A stretch of 64,000 nucleotides of DNA. Source: Candidatus Liptonbacteria bacterium (lineage in GTDB: Bacteria > Patescibacteriota > Minisyncoccia > UBA6257 > 2-01-FULL-56-20). The notes under the pieces are model-generated. The model searched no databases, was not told the origin of the DNA, and saw nothing but the letters and a program-made list of their open reading frames with translations. The DNA lies in NCBI GenBank assembly GCA_016867315.1, contig VGJV01000002.1, positions 51,386-115,385 of the forward strand, in the 5' to 3' direction. Every line of letters starts with the position of its first letter. Positions within the stretch are counted from its first letter, which is position 1. This document shows positions 18,607 to 27,562 of this stretch, in pieces. The translations under genes and the position numbers were made by a program.

Positions 18607-19149
18607 TTACGCCGCTCCGGACGCAGCCGCCGCCTTTTTACCCGCTTTTCGACGAATTACTTCTCCTTGATAATGGATTCCCTTGCCTTTGTACGGCTCC
18701 GGTGGTTTAAGCCCACGAATCCTTGAAGCTACGCCTCCCACTAATTCTTTGTTTACTCCGCTTACTTTCATGCTTCCTTTCTCCACCGTGATCGTAATCC
18801 CCTCGGGTATGGGAAACCGAATCGGATTCACAAACCCCAGGTTCAACACGAGCGTCTTCCCTTCAAGCGCCGCTTTAAATCCTACTCCTTCAATTTCTAA
18901 AACTTTAGTGAAGCCTTGAGACACTCCCTCGGCAGCATTACGGGTATGAGACCACATCGTTCCGGTCTTCGCAGATTCTCCGGAAAAAAATGCTTTATTT
19001 TCTTCTTGCTTCAAAGTGACTCCGGCAAGAAGCGACAAGGACAAGGTTCCTTTGGGCCCTTGGAGCGTAAGAGTATTGCCTTCCTGTCGAAGCGTAACGC
19101 CCTCAGGAAGAACTACAGGTTTTTTAGTAAGTCGGGACATGGTTACCAA
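18607..19149 (-). CDS. rplF: 50S ribosomal protein L6
   Basis: Two-domain L6 fold. Operon position. Confidence 0.9.
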   Translation of the reverse strand: MVTMSRLTKKPVVLPEGVTLRQEGNTLTLQGPKGTLSLSLLAGVTLKQEENKAFFSGESAKTGTMWSHTRNAAEGVSQGFTKVLEIEGVGFKAALEGKTLVLNLGFVNPIRFPIPEGITITVEKGSMKVSGVNKELVGGVASRIRGLKPPEPYKGKGIHYQGEVIRRKAGKKAAAASGAA

Positions 19150-19523
19150 ATTTCAAAAAGATATTCGCCTCCGACTTTTTGCTTTCGAGCCTCTCCATTC
19201 GTCATGATTCCCTTAGAAGTCGAAAGAATCGCCACGCCAAATCCCTGTCGCACCGGCTTCAACTCTGCATACGGTTTATAAAGCCGTCGACTGGGTTTGC
19301 TCATGATTTTTACGCCTTCAATGCGAGGCTTTCCTGCCTCATATTTCAATTTCACCTCTAGCATGTTCCGGCGGCCGATGGTCTTCCGCTGCACTTCCTT
19401 AATCAATCGGCGATCCGCAAGGACCTTAAGTACCGCTTGATCCATCTGCGAATAAGGCACTAGCACGGCCTCCTTGCCGGCCATTTGTGCATTCTTAACT
19501 TTTATTATTGCGTCGTAATACAT
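19143..19523 (-). CDS. rpsH: 30S ribosomal protein S8
   Basis: Family conservation. Operon position. Confidence 0.9.
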   Translation of the reverse strand: MYYDAIIKVKNAQMAGKEAVLVPYSQMDQAVLKVLADRRLIKEVQRKTIGRRNMLEVKLKYEAGKPRIEGVKIMSKPSRRLYKPYAELKPVRQGFGVAILSTSKGIMTNGEARKQKVGGEYLFEIW

Positions 19524-19536
19524 AGTATAGTAGTGA

Positions 19537-19722
19537 TTACCAAGAAGCTTTTCGCACTCCCGGGATTTCGCCGCGGGTCGCCATTTCGCGGAAACAAATT
19601 CTGCAAAGCTGGAACTCCCTCATATAGCCGCGCTTTCTGCCACAGCGAAAACACCGCCGCACCATTCGGGTTGCATATTTAGGAGTTTTTCTACTCCTCG
19701 CTATGACTGAAGTCTTTGGCAT
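19537..19722 (-). CDS. rpsZ: 30S ribosomal protein S14, type Z (zinc-binding, 61 aa)
   Basis: CxxC...CxxC motif (CFRCGRK...CRICFRE). Confidence 0.9.
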   Translation of the reverse strand: MPKTSVIARSRKTPKYATRMVRRCFRCGRKRGYMREFQLCRICFREMATRGEIPGVRKASW

Positions 19723-19724
19723 GA

Positions 19725-20258
19725 TTATTTTTTCTTACCGGCGTGTTTTACCTCCTTCATAAAAGGAATACCCAACGCGCGGAACGCCTCTTCGGCTGCC
19801 ACGCGATCCCGTTTCTTAGGCACAATGCTCATCCCTAGAGAAAAAGAAAAAGGGGAAACCTCCGGGTTGATTTCCGGAAATACCACCTGCTCCCGGATAC
19901 CGATATTCAATACTCCTTTTCCGTCAATCGCGTGCGGATTAATACCATGAAAATCGCGGACACGAGGCAATACTATGGTAATTAACTTCGTGAAAAAATC
20001 AATCATTCTCGCGCGCCGGAGCGTCACCCGAAGCCCCACGGTCTGGCCCTCCCGCACCTTAAAGCCCGCAATCGAGCGGCGTGCTTGCCGAATTTCGGGC
20101 TTCTGGCCGGAAATAAGCGCGATATCCTTCATGATTTGCGGCAACACCTTATCTTCAAAGTTCGGTTGCGCACTCAATTTCCCGATTCCCGCATCGATAA
20201 CAATTTTTTCGATTATTGCGCGCGCTCCCGCGCCTTTATGCATGGTGTCTTTTTTCAT
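19725..20258 (-). CDS. rplE: 50S ribosomal protein L5
   Basis: Trimmed to the MKKDTMHK start, 4 nt upstream of the rplX stop. Confidence 0.85.
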   Translation of the reverse strand: MKKDTMHKGAGARAIIEKIVIDAGIGKLSAQPNFEDKVLPQIMKDIALISGQKPEIRQARRSIAGFKVREGQTVGLRVTLRRARMIDFFTKLITIVLPRVRDFHGINPHAIDGKGVLNIGIREQVVFPEINPEVSPFSFSLGMSIVPKKRDRVAAEEAFRALGIPFMKEVKHAGKKK

Positions 20259-20262
20259 CGCA

Positions 20263-20580
20263 CTAGAAAGAAGCCTTACACTTTTTACAAAGCCGCATAG
20301 ACCGACCTTCGGACATAGCATGCCCCACTCGTGTAGGTCGCTTGCAATTGGGACACACCACCATCACATTGCTCATAGAAATCGCGCGAGGCAAAGAAAC
20401 CATTTCTCCTTTTGCTCCGGCTTTCTTCGGCCGAACGCGCTTTTTATAAAGATTAAGACCTTCTATCACTACGCGGCCCTCGTCCGAGAGTACGCGGAGT
20501 ACCGCTCCGCTCTTACCATGGTCCTTACCGACTAACATTTTCACTTGATCGCCTTTTTTGATACGCATGGGTTTATACAA
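20263..20580 (-). CDS. rplX: 50S ribosomal protein L24 with an unusual C-terminal C4 zinc-ribbon
   Basis: KOW motif (IKKGDQVKMLVGKDHGKSG), then CPNC...(18)...CKKC at the C-terminus. Confidence 0.85.
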   Translation of the reverse strand: MYKPMRIKKGDQVKMLVGKDHGKSGAVLRVLSDEGRVVIEGLNLYKKRVRPKKAGAKGEMVSLPRAISMSNVMVVCPNCKRPTRVGHAMSEGRSMRLCKKCKASF

Positions 20581-20941
20581 TTTCTTCCGCCATTGTCATG
20601 AGCTTTTCGAACCCTCGATCCTTAAGCTCCCGAGGCATGGGTCCGAACACCCGAGTAGCCACCGGTTCTTTTTTAGCATCGATAAGCACTACCGCATTTT
20701 CATCGAATCGGATATAGGAGCCATCGGACCGCCGAAGCGCGGCTTGCGAACGCACAATGAGCACCTTGACCACATCTTTCTTCTTAACCGTCTTCCGGGG
20801 CTCTGCCACCTGCACCGATGCCACGACGATGTCTCCCACGCGCGCATAGTGCCGGCGAGTACCTCCCAAAATACGGAAACAACGCACTGTTTTGGCGCCG
20901 CTGTTGTCTGCTACTTTTAATATGGATCGCTCTTGTATCAT
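20573..20941 (-). CDS. rplN: 50S ribosomal protein L14
   Basis: MIQERSILKVADNSGAK start typical of L14. Confidence 0.9.
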   Translation of the reverse strand: MIQERSILKVADNSGAKTVRCFRILGGTRRHYARVGDIVVASVQVAEPRKTVKKKDVVKVLIVRSQAALRRSDGSYIRFDENAVVLIDAKKEPVATRVFGPMPRELKDRGFEKLMTMAEEIV

Positions 20942-20945
20942 GGGA

Positions 20946-21200
20946 TTATTCGCTGACTTTTCCTATAATTTTCCAGCGCTTTTCGCGAGATAAGGGCCGA
21001 GTCTCTTCGAGAATTACACGGTCTCCAACTTTATATTCGTTGTTCTCGTCATGCGCCTTCACTCGGGTAGTAATCGTGTAGTACTTCAAATATTTCGGAT
21101 GTTTGCGGGAACGCGAAATCACGACAACGCGCGTCTTCTGCATTTTGTCGGAAGCTACTACACCTTCTCGAACTCGTTTTTTAGATTCGTGCTGGTTCAT
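20946..21200 (-). CDS. rpsQ: 30S ribosomal protein S17
   Basis: OB-fold family conservation. Confidence 0.9.
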   Translation of the reverse strand: MNQHESKKRVREGVVASDKMQKTRVVVISRSRKHPKYLKYYTITTRVKAHDENNEYKVGDRVILEETRPLSREKRWKIIGKVSE

Positions 21201-21212
21201 AAAAATGATTGC

Positions 21213-21419
21213 CTACTTCGATTGCGTCGACTGAATCTTCGAGAAAGTTTTCATGCGCGCAATCGCCTTGCGGATCATTCGAAGCTCCGCCACATTCTTC
21301 ACTTTTCCAGCCTCCAAGTCAAACCGAAGCTTTCGGAGCTTCTCTTCGGACTCCTTGATAAGCTTCGAGAGCTCGGCAACAGGCTTCGTCTTTAATTGTT
21401 CAATTTCGCGCTTTTTCAT
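21213..21419 (-). CDS. rpmC: 50S ribosomal protein L29
   Basis: 68 aa helical protein. Operon position. Confidence 0.85.
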   Translation of the reverse strand: MKKREIEQLKTKPVAELSKLIKESEEKLRKLRFDLEAGKVKNVAELRMIRKAIARMKTFSKIQSTQSK

Positions 21420-21832
21420 TACTTTTTGGTAATAATTCGGTATTTAAACGGCAACTTATATCCCGCGAATTTAAGCGCTTCCTGAGCCACTTTCTCTTCC
21501 ACTCCGTCAATTTCAAACACCACTCGTCCCGGCAAAACTTTCGCCACATAGTGATCGACGCTTCCCTTTCCTCCTCCCATTGTGGTTTCCGGAGGCCGCA
21601 CCGTGATTGGCTTGTCGGGGAATACCCGGATCCAAAGCCGTCCGCGTCGTTGCATGTGTCCGGTGATCGCCTTCCGAGCTGCTTCGATCTGGCGAGAATT
21701 AAGCCACGCCGGCTCAAGCGCCTTAAGCCCATATTGGCCGTATGAAACAGAAAGACCGCGAGTCTCCACGGTCCGGCCGCGAGAGCGTCCCTTGTGCCAT
21801 TTCCGGTGTTTTACTTTTTTAGGGATTAACAT
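21419..21832 (-). CDS. rplP: 50S ribosomal protein L16
   Basis: Family conservation. Confidence 0.9.
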   Translation of the reverse strand: MLIPKKVKHRKWHKGRSRGRTVETRGLSVSYGQYGLKALEPAWLNSRQIEAARKAITGHMQRRGRLWIRVFPDKPITVRPPETTMGGGKGSVDHYVAKVLPGRVVFEIDGVEEKVAQEALKFAGYKLPFKYRIITKK

Positions 21833-21847
21833 GGAAATATAAAAGAA

Positions 21848-22573
21848 TTAGTGTTCGCGTCGTCCGCCCCGGTGTTCTCGCTTGGCCGGCATTTCTTCTT
21901 TCGGCTTTTCTTCAAAAATTTCGCCTTTATAAATCCAGACTTTGATTCCGACAGTGCCATAACTCGTGAAAGCCGTAGCCTGCCCGAAATCAATATCCGC
22001 ACGAAGCGTCTGCAAAGGCAAAGAACCTTTCGCCAACCATTCCCGCCGGGCAATTTCGTTTCCATCCAACCGGCCGGAGAGGAATATCTTGGCGCCCTTC
22101 ACCTCACGGTTCTGCATAATCTGTTCCAAATACTTTTTCATCGTGCGGCGGAATGGAAATCGTTTCTCCAAATCCCACGCGATCTGCTGCGCCACATAAG
22201 GAGCCGCGATCTGCGAACGCTTCAATTCCTCTACATTCACACTAAGCTGGGGGGCTTTACCGGTATTCTTTCGGCGAGCGCGCACGGCGCGAAGCGCTTT
22301 TTCAATTGCCTTAGTAAGATCTTCGATTCCCTTTCCTCCACGACCGATGATAAATCCAGGACGCGCTGCTTGAATCGAAATGCGAAGATTATTCGAAGTG
22401 CGCTCGATCTCCAACGCAGATACTCCCGCTTGACTGATCTTTTCCTTGATCACGCGGCGAATCGCCTCATCTTCTTCGAGGAATTGCCCGTAGTTGCCCT
22501 TGAGGAGCCACCTCGCCGGCCAGTTCTTGACCACTCCCATCCGGAGTGAAATTGGATTTATTTTCTGTCCCAT
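21848..22573 (-). CDS. rpsC: 30S ribosomal protein S3
   Basis: KH domain plus C-terminal domain. Basic C-terminal tail. Confidence 0.9.
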   Translation of the reverse strand: MGQKINPISLRMGVVKNWPARWLLKGNYGQFLEEDEAIRRVIKEKISQAGVSALEIERTSNNLRISIQAARPGFIIGRGGKGIEDLTKAIEKALRAVRARRKNTGKAPQLSVNVEELKRSQIAAPYVAQQIAWDLEKRFPFRRTMKKYLEQIMQNREVKGAKIFLSGRLDGNEIARREWLAKGSLPLQTLRADIDFGQATAFTSYGTVGIKVWIYKGEIFEEKPKEEMPAKREHRGGRREH

Positions 22574-22623
22574 AGTATTGATCGAACCCCTATTAAAACA
22601 TTAATTAAGGCTCTTGTGAATGA

Positions 22624-23130
22624 TTAGACCGACTTTCTCCGAAACATTTTTTTCCAAAAACCTTTTTCCTGCCGCGGGTTCTTTCCCCCTTCTTCGGCCG
22701 GAGTGCCAGGCTTCTCCTTTTCTTTCTTAGGTCGGTGCACATGCGGAGCCGCCTTTGGTTTCCGTTCGGTAACGATAGTGAAGCGGGGGGCTTTCTTAGC
22801 GCCTTCTCCCAATATTAAGGTGATATTGCTCATTTTCTTTTGGATCGGAGTAGCCATACCGCGGGCTCGAGGCAAGAACCGCTTGAGCATAGGTCCCTGA
22901 TCCACTCGGATTTCGGAAATAATGAGATTCGCGTGTTCCATTTTCTGCTGCTTGGCATTCGCCATGGCCGAGCGAAGCAACTTCAAAAGAGGCTTCGCCG
23001 CACGCCGCGGGTGGAGCATTAACTCCGCTTCGGCCTCGTTCACGCTTCGTCCGCGAAGCAAATCCGCGACTACCCGCACCTTGCGAGGAGCCATATGAAG
23101 AAACTTGAGTTGTGCGGAAGCTTTGGGCAT
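22624..23130 (-). CDS. rplV: 50S ribosomal protein L22 (with a Lys/Glu/Pro-rich C-terminal extension)
   Basis: SPRKVRVVADLLRG motif. About 50 extra basic C-terminal residues. Confidence 0.9.
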   Translation of the reverse strand: MPKASAQLKFLHMAPRKVRVVADLLRGRSVNEAEAELMLHPRRAAKPLLKLLRSAMANAKQQKMEHANLIISEIRVDQGPMLKRFLPRARGMATPIQKKMSNITLILGEGAKKAPRFTIVTERKPKAAPHVHRPKKEKEKPGTPAEEGGKNPRQEKGFWKKMFRRKSV

Positions 23131-23155
23131 TGCGATAGATGATCAATAATATTGA

Positions 23156-23470
23156 CTATTTTTTAGCCGGGGCCGCCGGAACCGCTGCAGCCGCGCCTGC
23201 TTCAATATCACGCTGCATTTTCCCTCCATGTTTCGTGAATTTCCGGGTCGGAGAAAACTCTCCCAGTCGGTGTCCCACCATTTCCTCGGTGACACGCACT
23301 TCAATGAAATCTTTTCCGTTGTGAACCGCAAAGGCAAACCCCACCATTTCCGGAGCAATTTCCGAAGCCCGCGCCCATGTTTTAATAGCAGGAGCGCCCG
23401 GCCTGAGACCGGAAATCTTTTTAAGTAATCGCGGGTCTACGTAAGGCCCCTTTTTAGATGATCGTGCCAT
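23156..23470 (-). CDS. rpsS: 30S ribosomal protein S19
   Basis: [19 protein letters not shown] start typical of S19. Confidence 0.9.
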   Translation of the reverse strand: MARSSKKGPYVDPRLLKKISGLRPGAPAIKTWARASEIAPEMVGFAFAVHNGKDFIEVRVTEEMVGHRLGEFSPTRKFTKHGGKMQRDIEAGAAAAVPAAPAKK

Positions 23471-23485
23471 AGAAGTGAGTATTGA

Positions 23486-24313
23486 TTATTTGCGACTTGG
23501 TCGACGAGACACCACAAATACATTGGACCATTTCTTTTTGTTGCGAGTTTTTCTTCCGCCCGTGATTTTCCCCCAAAGCGTCTTGGGTTTCCGGGTTCCT
23601 CGAGGCTGACGGCCTTCTCCACCTCCATACGGGTGATCCACCGGGTTCATCACCATTCCGCGCACGGTGGGTCGAATACCCATCCAGCGAGCCCGGCCGG
23701 CTTTTCCAATTACCATCAAGTTGTGCTCCGGATTGGACATCTGCCCCAAGGAAGCAAACCCTTCCCAAGATACTCGGCGCACCGCTCCCGAAGAAAGCTT
23801 GATGTCGGTGTATCCATCTGCATTCGCAAGCACTTCGCCGTAGGAACCGGCGGAACGCGCAAGTACGCCTCCGCGGCCCGGGCGAATTTCTACGTTGTGC
23901 ACCTGATACCCTACCGGAATATTCTTGAGCTTCATGCGATTCCCGGTCTTCAAAGGAACAGATTCTCCAACCACAACCTCATTGCCCGCGTGGAGTCCGT
24001 GCGGAGCCAAAATATAAGAAAGAGTGCCGTCGGGATATTGAACGCGCGCGATAAAAGCAGTTCGGTAGGGATCATATTCGATTCCCAACACTTTCGCGGG
24101 TTCGAGCCGTGCTTGCTTGAAATCCACCAATCGATAGCGTCGCTTCACCCCTCCTCCCTGGTGTCGCATCGTGATCCGTCCCTGCGAGTTCCGTCCCGCG
24201 TGAGACTTCAAAGTGACAAGGAGGCTCTTTACCGGCTTTTCCTTGCTGAGTCCCCGGTAGTCTACCGTCGTCGCGGACCGCCTCGAAGGCGTATATGGTC
24301 TATAAGATTTCAT
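23486..24313 (-). CDS. rplB: 50S ribosomal protein L2
   Basis: 275 aa. Conserved GRNxxGxITxRHxGGG region. Confidence 0.9.
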   Translation of the reverse strand: MKSYRPYTPSRRSATTVDYRGLSKEKPVKSLLVTLKSHAGRNSQGRITMRHQGGGVKRRYRLVDFKQARLEPAKVLGIEYDPYRTAFIARVQYPDGTLSYILAPHGLHAGNEVVVGESVPLKTGNRMKLKNIPVGYQVHNVEIRPGRGGVLARSAGSYGEVLANADGYTDIKLSSGAVRRVSWEGFASLGQMSNPEHNLMVIGKAGRARWMGIRPTVRGMVMNPVDHPYGGGEGRQPRGTRKPKTLWGKITGGRKTRNKKKWSNVFVVSRRPSRK

Positions 24314-24361
24314 GATAGTAAATTCGTACTTTCGTACATATTCGTAAATTTAGTAGATGTG

Positions 24362-24640
24362 TTACTTAGCAATATCAATGGTCTCCCCTTTACGAAGGGT
24401 CACTACCGCTTTTTTGTAGCTGCCTTTCATGCTCCACATCGCTCCCATCCGCTTGGCTTTAGGGGGGCGGTTCACAATATTCACGTTCGTGACGTGCACA
24501 CCATAAAGTTTCTCCACCGCTTTTCGCACTTCGGGTTTGGTAGCTTCGGGTCGCACTATGAAAACATACTTACCCGCCCCTGTGAAGGTAAGGGCTTTTT
24601 CCGTCTGCCAGGGTTTTTGCAATACAAATCGAGCGCTCAT
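24362..24640 (-). CDS. rplW: 50S ribosomal protein L23
   Basis: Family conservation. Operon position. Confidence 0.9.
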   Translation of the reverse strand: MSARFVLQKPWQTEKALTFTGAGKYVFIVRPEATKPEVRKAVEKLYGVHVTNVNIVNRPPKAKRMGAMWSMKGSYKKAVVTLRKGETIDIAK

Positions 24641-25284
24641 GAAAGGTGATAATGTCGAGTCAAAAATGGCACCGCCTCTTTCGCGATAAATACTCGCTTG
24701 TGATTCAAAATGTCATACACGTTCAAGCTTGAAGGGTGAATGGCTTTTACCTTGGGTAAATTCTGCGCCGCCCGGAACGTGTTTTTCTCTTCCACTGCCG
24801 GAATAAGCAAGGCGTCAAACCGCTTCACCTTTGACGATACGCTCGTGAGTGTCCGGAGCGCGGAAGCGAGCATCTTAGTCTTCGATTCCTTCGGTGCCAA
24901 TCCATCCACGATTTTCACTTCCCCGCTGTGGAATTTCTTCGCGAGAATAGAAAAGATCGCCGTGCGGTTCATTTTCTTATTGATCTTCTGAGTGTAATCC
25001 CGCTCCTTGTTCGGCCCATGAGATTTTCCTCCTCCCACCCACAACGGAGATCGGATCGAACCGTGCCGCGCGCGGCCGGTACCCTTTTGTCTCCAGGGTT
25101 TCTTTCCTCCTCCGCGCACCTCGCCGCGGCCTTTGGCGTGTGCCCACGGCCGTCGGCTGTTCGCACGATGCGCAGTCACAACTTGCGCCACAAGCGCAGG
25201 CCGCCACCGTTCGCCAAAAAGCGAATCGGGGATTTCGATCGATTCCACTATTTTATTCTCGATGTTATATACGTCTACCTTCAT
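24637..25284 (-). CDS. rplD: 50S ribosomal protein L4
   Basis: Family conservation. 4-nt overlap with rplW. Confidence 0.9.
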   Translation of the reverse strand: MKVDVYNIENKIVESIEIPDSLFGERWRPALVAQVVTAHRANSRRPWAHAKGRGEVRGGGKKPWRQKGTGRARHGSIRSPLWVGGGKSHGPNKERDYTQKINKKMNRTAIFSILAKKFHSGEVKIVDGLAPKESKTKMLASALRTLTSVSSKVKRFDALLIPAVEEKNTFRAAQNLPKVKAIHPSSLNVYDILNHKRVFIAKEAVPFLTRHYHLS

Positions 25285-25292
25285 GGAAATTA

Positions 25293-25832
25293 TTATCGCG
25301 TCTCAATTTCGAGAAGACTCCCGCGCATGCCGGGCACCGCTCCTTTGACCATTAAAAGACTTCTCTCCTTATCTACTCCCACAATTTTCAAATTTTTGAT
25401 CGTCACCCGTTCCACTCCCATGTGTCCCGCCATCCGTCGGCCGGGAATAACGCGCTGCGGAGTTGTGTTGCCAATAGAACCAGGCATCCGATAGCGGTTC
25501 TTTTGTCCGTGGGTCTTCGGCCCTCCGCCGAACCCGTGCCGCTTTACTACCCCCTGGAATCCGCGTCCTTTGGTAAACGCACTCACACGCACAACGTCGC
25601 CTTCTTTGAACGCCGACACGTCTATCGTGTCTCCTTTTTTGAGTTCTCCGGTTCCTTTGAATTCCTTGCGCGCCTTCCCCAGCTGGACCTGTACTGCACT
25701 GTACCCATCCTTCTCGGGAACCCGCACAAGGGAAATAGTATTCGGTTCGGCCTTAATAACCGTGACCGGAATCACTTTTTTATCTTGCCAAATTTGGCTC
25801 ATTTTAAATTTTTTCCCCAAAATGAATGACAT
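25293..25832 (-). CDS. rplC: 50S ribosomal protein L3
   Basis: Trimmed to MSFILGKKFKMSQIW, the classic L3 N-terminus. Confidence 0.85.
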   Translation of the reverse strand: MSFILGKKFKMSQIWQDKKVIPVTVIKAEPNTISLVRVPEKDGYSAVQVQLGKARKEFKGTGELKKGDTIDVSAFKEGDVVRVSAFTKGRGFQGVVKRHGFGGGPKTHGQKNRYRMPGSIGNTTPQRVIPGRRMAGHMGVERVTIKNLKIVGVDKERSLLMVKGAVPGMRGSLLEIETR

Positions 25833-26049
25833 CCAATTCGCATTATTTGCCTCCATTCGAATTATTCGCGATTACTCCTAAATAAAAACTGCCCAAGGCA
25901 CGTACCTTTAGGCAGGGACGTCCTTGTGCAACCCAGCTCTTTACGCTTTAGGAATCCAGCACAACATCCCTAGAAAATTCTCACATCGAGAAGTTATACG
26001 GGACAATGTGTTGTTGCCTAAAGGGCTGGGCCATTAAAGAGACTGGAAC

Positions 26050-26080
26050 ATGATAAGCCAAATGGCAAAAAGTGTCAAAC
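26050..26080 (-). terminator. Hairpin terminator immediately after the RelE/ParE toxin gene
   Basis: aaaaagtAGTGTttgACACTttttgcc is a perfect palindrome flanked by A/T runs. Confidence 0.55.
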
Positions 26081-26081
26081 A

Positions 26082-26360
26082 CTACTTTTTGGGTTTCTTG
26101 TATACCTTATCCCGCAACGCAATGCGATGAATCGTAACAATATGTGATTCGTGTTCCATCTCGTAAACCACTCGCCAATCTCCTACACGCAGCTTAAAAT
26201 ATCCGTGCCACTCGTGGCCAAGCGCCTCATGAACAACCGAAGGAAAATTCTCGCGAAACCACTCCAATTTGCCTAAAATCCTTCTCTGTACTGGCGCGTC
26301 CAAAGAGCGTAAATCTTCCTCTCCGGTGAGAGTGAAAGTAAATTTCCAGCCCGAGGACAT
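26082..26360 (-). CDS. Type II toxin, RelE/ParE family
   Basis: 92 aa. FKLRVGDWRVVYEMEHESHIVTIHRIALRDKVY is typical of the RelE/ParE fold (plasmid stabilisation system protein). Confidence 0.75.
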   Translation of the reverse strand: MSSGWKFTFTLTGEEDLRSLDAPVQRRILGKLEWFRENFPSVVHEALGHEWHGYFKLRVGDWRVVYEMEHESHIVTIHRIALRDKVYKKPKK

Positions 26361-26368
26361 TCTATAAA

Positions 26369-26569
26369 CTAGAGCGAACTCACTACCTCCTCAAAAGTAC
26401 GGATCCTGCCTTGCTTTTTTTCCGCAGCAGATTTCTTGAGTCTCTTTACAAACGCGGAGCGAATCTCAAGTCCTTTGTCAGAATCGATAAGCAATTCGCG
26501 CAATGCACGCTGCACCGCCCGCTCCACCACTGCTTCGATTTTTTTTTCTTCAATAGTAATGCGAGCCAT
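26369..26569 (-). CDS. Putative antitoxin (ribbon-helix-helix or Phd-like), partner of the RelE/ParE toxin
   Basis: 66 aa, helical and charged. Stop lies 9 nt upstream of the toxin start. Confidence 0.6.
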   Translation of the reverse strand: MARITIEEKKIEAVVERAVQRALRELLIDSDKGLEIRSAFVKRLKKSAAEKKQGRIRTFEEVVSSL

Positions 26570-26980
26570 GCTTTCACTCTACCTCCTAAAAATGGAAAGT
26601 CAATGAAGCTTGGTCTGAAGCGTACGCGTATTCCCATGTTTCAAGAGCCCTCGATACGATTCGAGCGTTGCCGATTTTCCATTATTCGCCACATTCTTGA
26701 ACATCCGCCGCTTCGTCGCCGTGCGGAGTACGCGATGGTCGGGAAAATGGAAGGTGTTCATACTTTTTTTTGCCACGGGGACTTGGACGCACACTCGCTC
26801 TATGCGAGGGCGTTGCATCACTTATTGATTTTGCCGCAGCACTCATTCCGCGACTGTCTGCTTCTTCTACATCAATCCGCGACATGAATGCTGGGGCAAA
26901 AAACCTCTCAAAAGATTGGGTAAATCATACCATTTCTCAATAAAAAACGCAAGGATTAAAGGATTAGCCTTGAAAACACA

Positions 26981-27007
26981 AACGCACCCTTTCGAGTGCG
27001 TTTTGTT
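26981..27007. terminator. Intrinsic terminator-like hairpin downstream of rpsJ and the copy-3 repeat
   Basis: aacgcac-cctttcga-gtgcgtt stem-loop followed by ttttgtt. On the minus strand it is followed by gtgttttc. Confidence 0.55.
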
Positions 27008-27020
27008 ACTAATCCAATAA

Positions 27021-27055
27021 GCGAAGTCCTGTTCCAGATGGGGATTCTCGAACCC
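27021..27055. repeat. Partial copy of the GC-rich structured repeat (5' helix strand plus the first 9 nt of the core)
   Basis: gcgaagtcctgttccagatggggattctcgaaccc is the same truncation point (ctcgaacc) as the two partial copies at 12.34-12.41 kb. Confidence 0.5.
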
Positions 27056-27099
27056 AATAAAAGGAACGGGGGCATATTCTCTTACAGCTAACAAAGCGA

Positions 27100-27195
27100 A
27101 ATCCTGCCGCTTGTGGGGATTGTCGGAGCGCGGCGGCGCGAGACATAGCGCTGCGAGAGCCCCTCGCAGATAGCGTCCCCACAAGTGACAGGATG
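27100..27195. repeat. GC-rich structured repeat, copy 3 (3' of rpsJ)
   Basis: Core GGGATTGTCGGAGCGCGGCGGCGCGAGACATAGCGCTGCGAGAGCCCCTCGCAGATAGCGTCCCC. Flanked by atcctgccgcttgtgggga ... tccccacaagtgacaggat (19-bp helix, one mismatch, one G-U). Confidence 0.6.
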
Positions 27196-27203
27196 AGCGC
27201 CTC

Positions 27204-27536
27204 TTATACCATTTTAATTTCGACGTCGACCCCAGCCGGCAGGTTCAGGTTCCCAAGAGATTCAATGATCTTCTGATTCGGATTCATGATATCGATGAGC
27301 CGCTTGTGCATCCGAAGCTCGAACTGCTCCCGCGAATCCTTGTGTACGAAGGTAGAACGGTTCACGGTATACTTCCGCGTCTCGGTGGGCAACGGAATTG
27401 GCCCCACCACCTTCGCATCGTGCCGCTCTGCGGCATCGATGATCTGGCGCGCAGAAGAATCGATCAGCTTGTGGTCGTAGGAACGAATCCGCAAGCGGAG
27501 CTTCTGATGAAAATCGTTTTCCTGTTTCTTAGCCAT
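27204..27536 (-). CDS. rpsJ: 30S ribosomal protein S10
   Basis: 110 aa. Family conservation. Confidence 0.9.
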   Translation of the reverse strand: MAKKQENDFHQKLRLRIRSYDHKLIDSSARQIIDAAERHDAKVVGPIPLPTETRKYTVNRSTFVHKDSREQFELRMHKRLIDIMNPNQKIIESLGNLNLPAGVDVEIKMV

Positions 27537-27562
27537 GAGAAAGGAGCTGCGTACCTAAATGC

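Noticed and set aside
23633-24649. 338-aa plus-strand ORF
   Set aside because: Antisense across rplB and rplW. His/Arg-rich composition is an antisense artefact of ribosomal-protein codons.
26411-27184. Several ORFs (26411..26887 plus, 26600..26821 minus, 26682..26885 minus, 26867..27184 minus) between the antitoxin and rpsJ
   Set aside because: Mutually overlapping, with no motifs. The last one is the complement of repeat copy 3. The region may hold a decayed gene, but nothing supportable.
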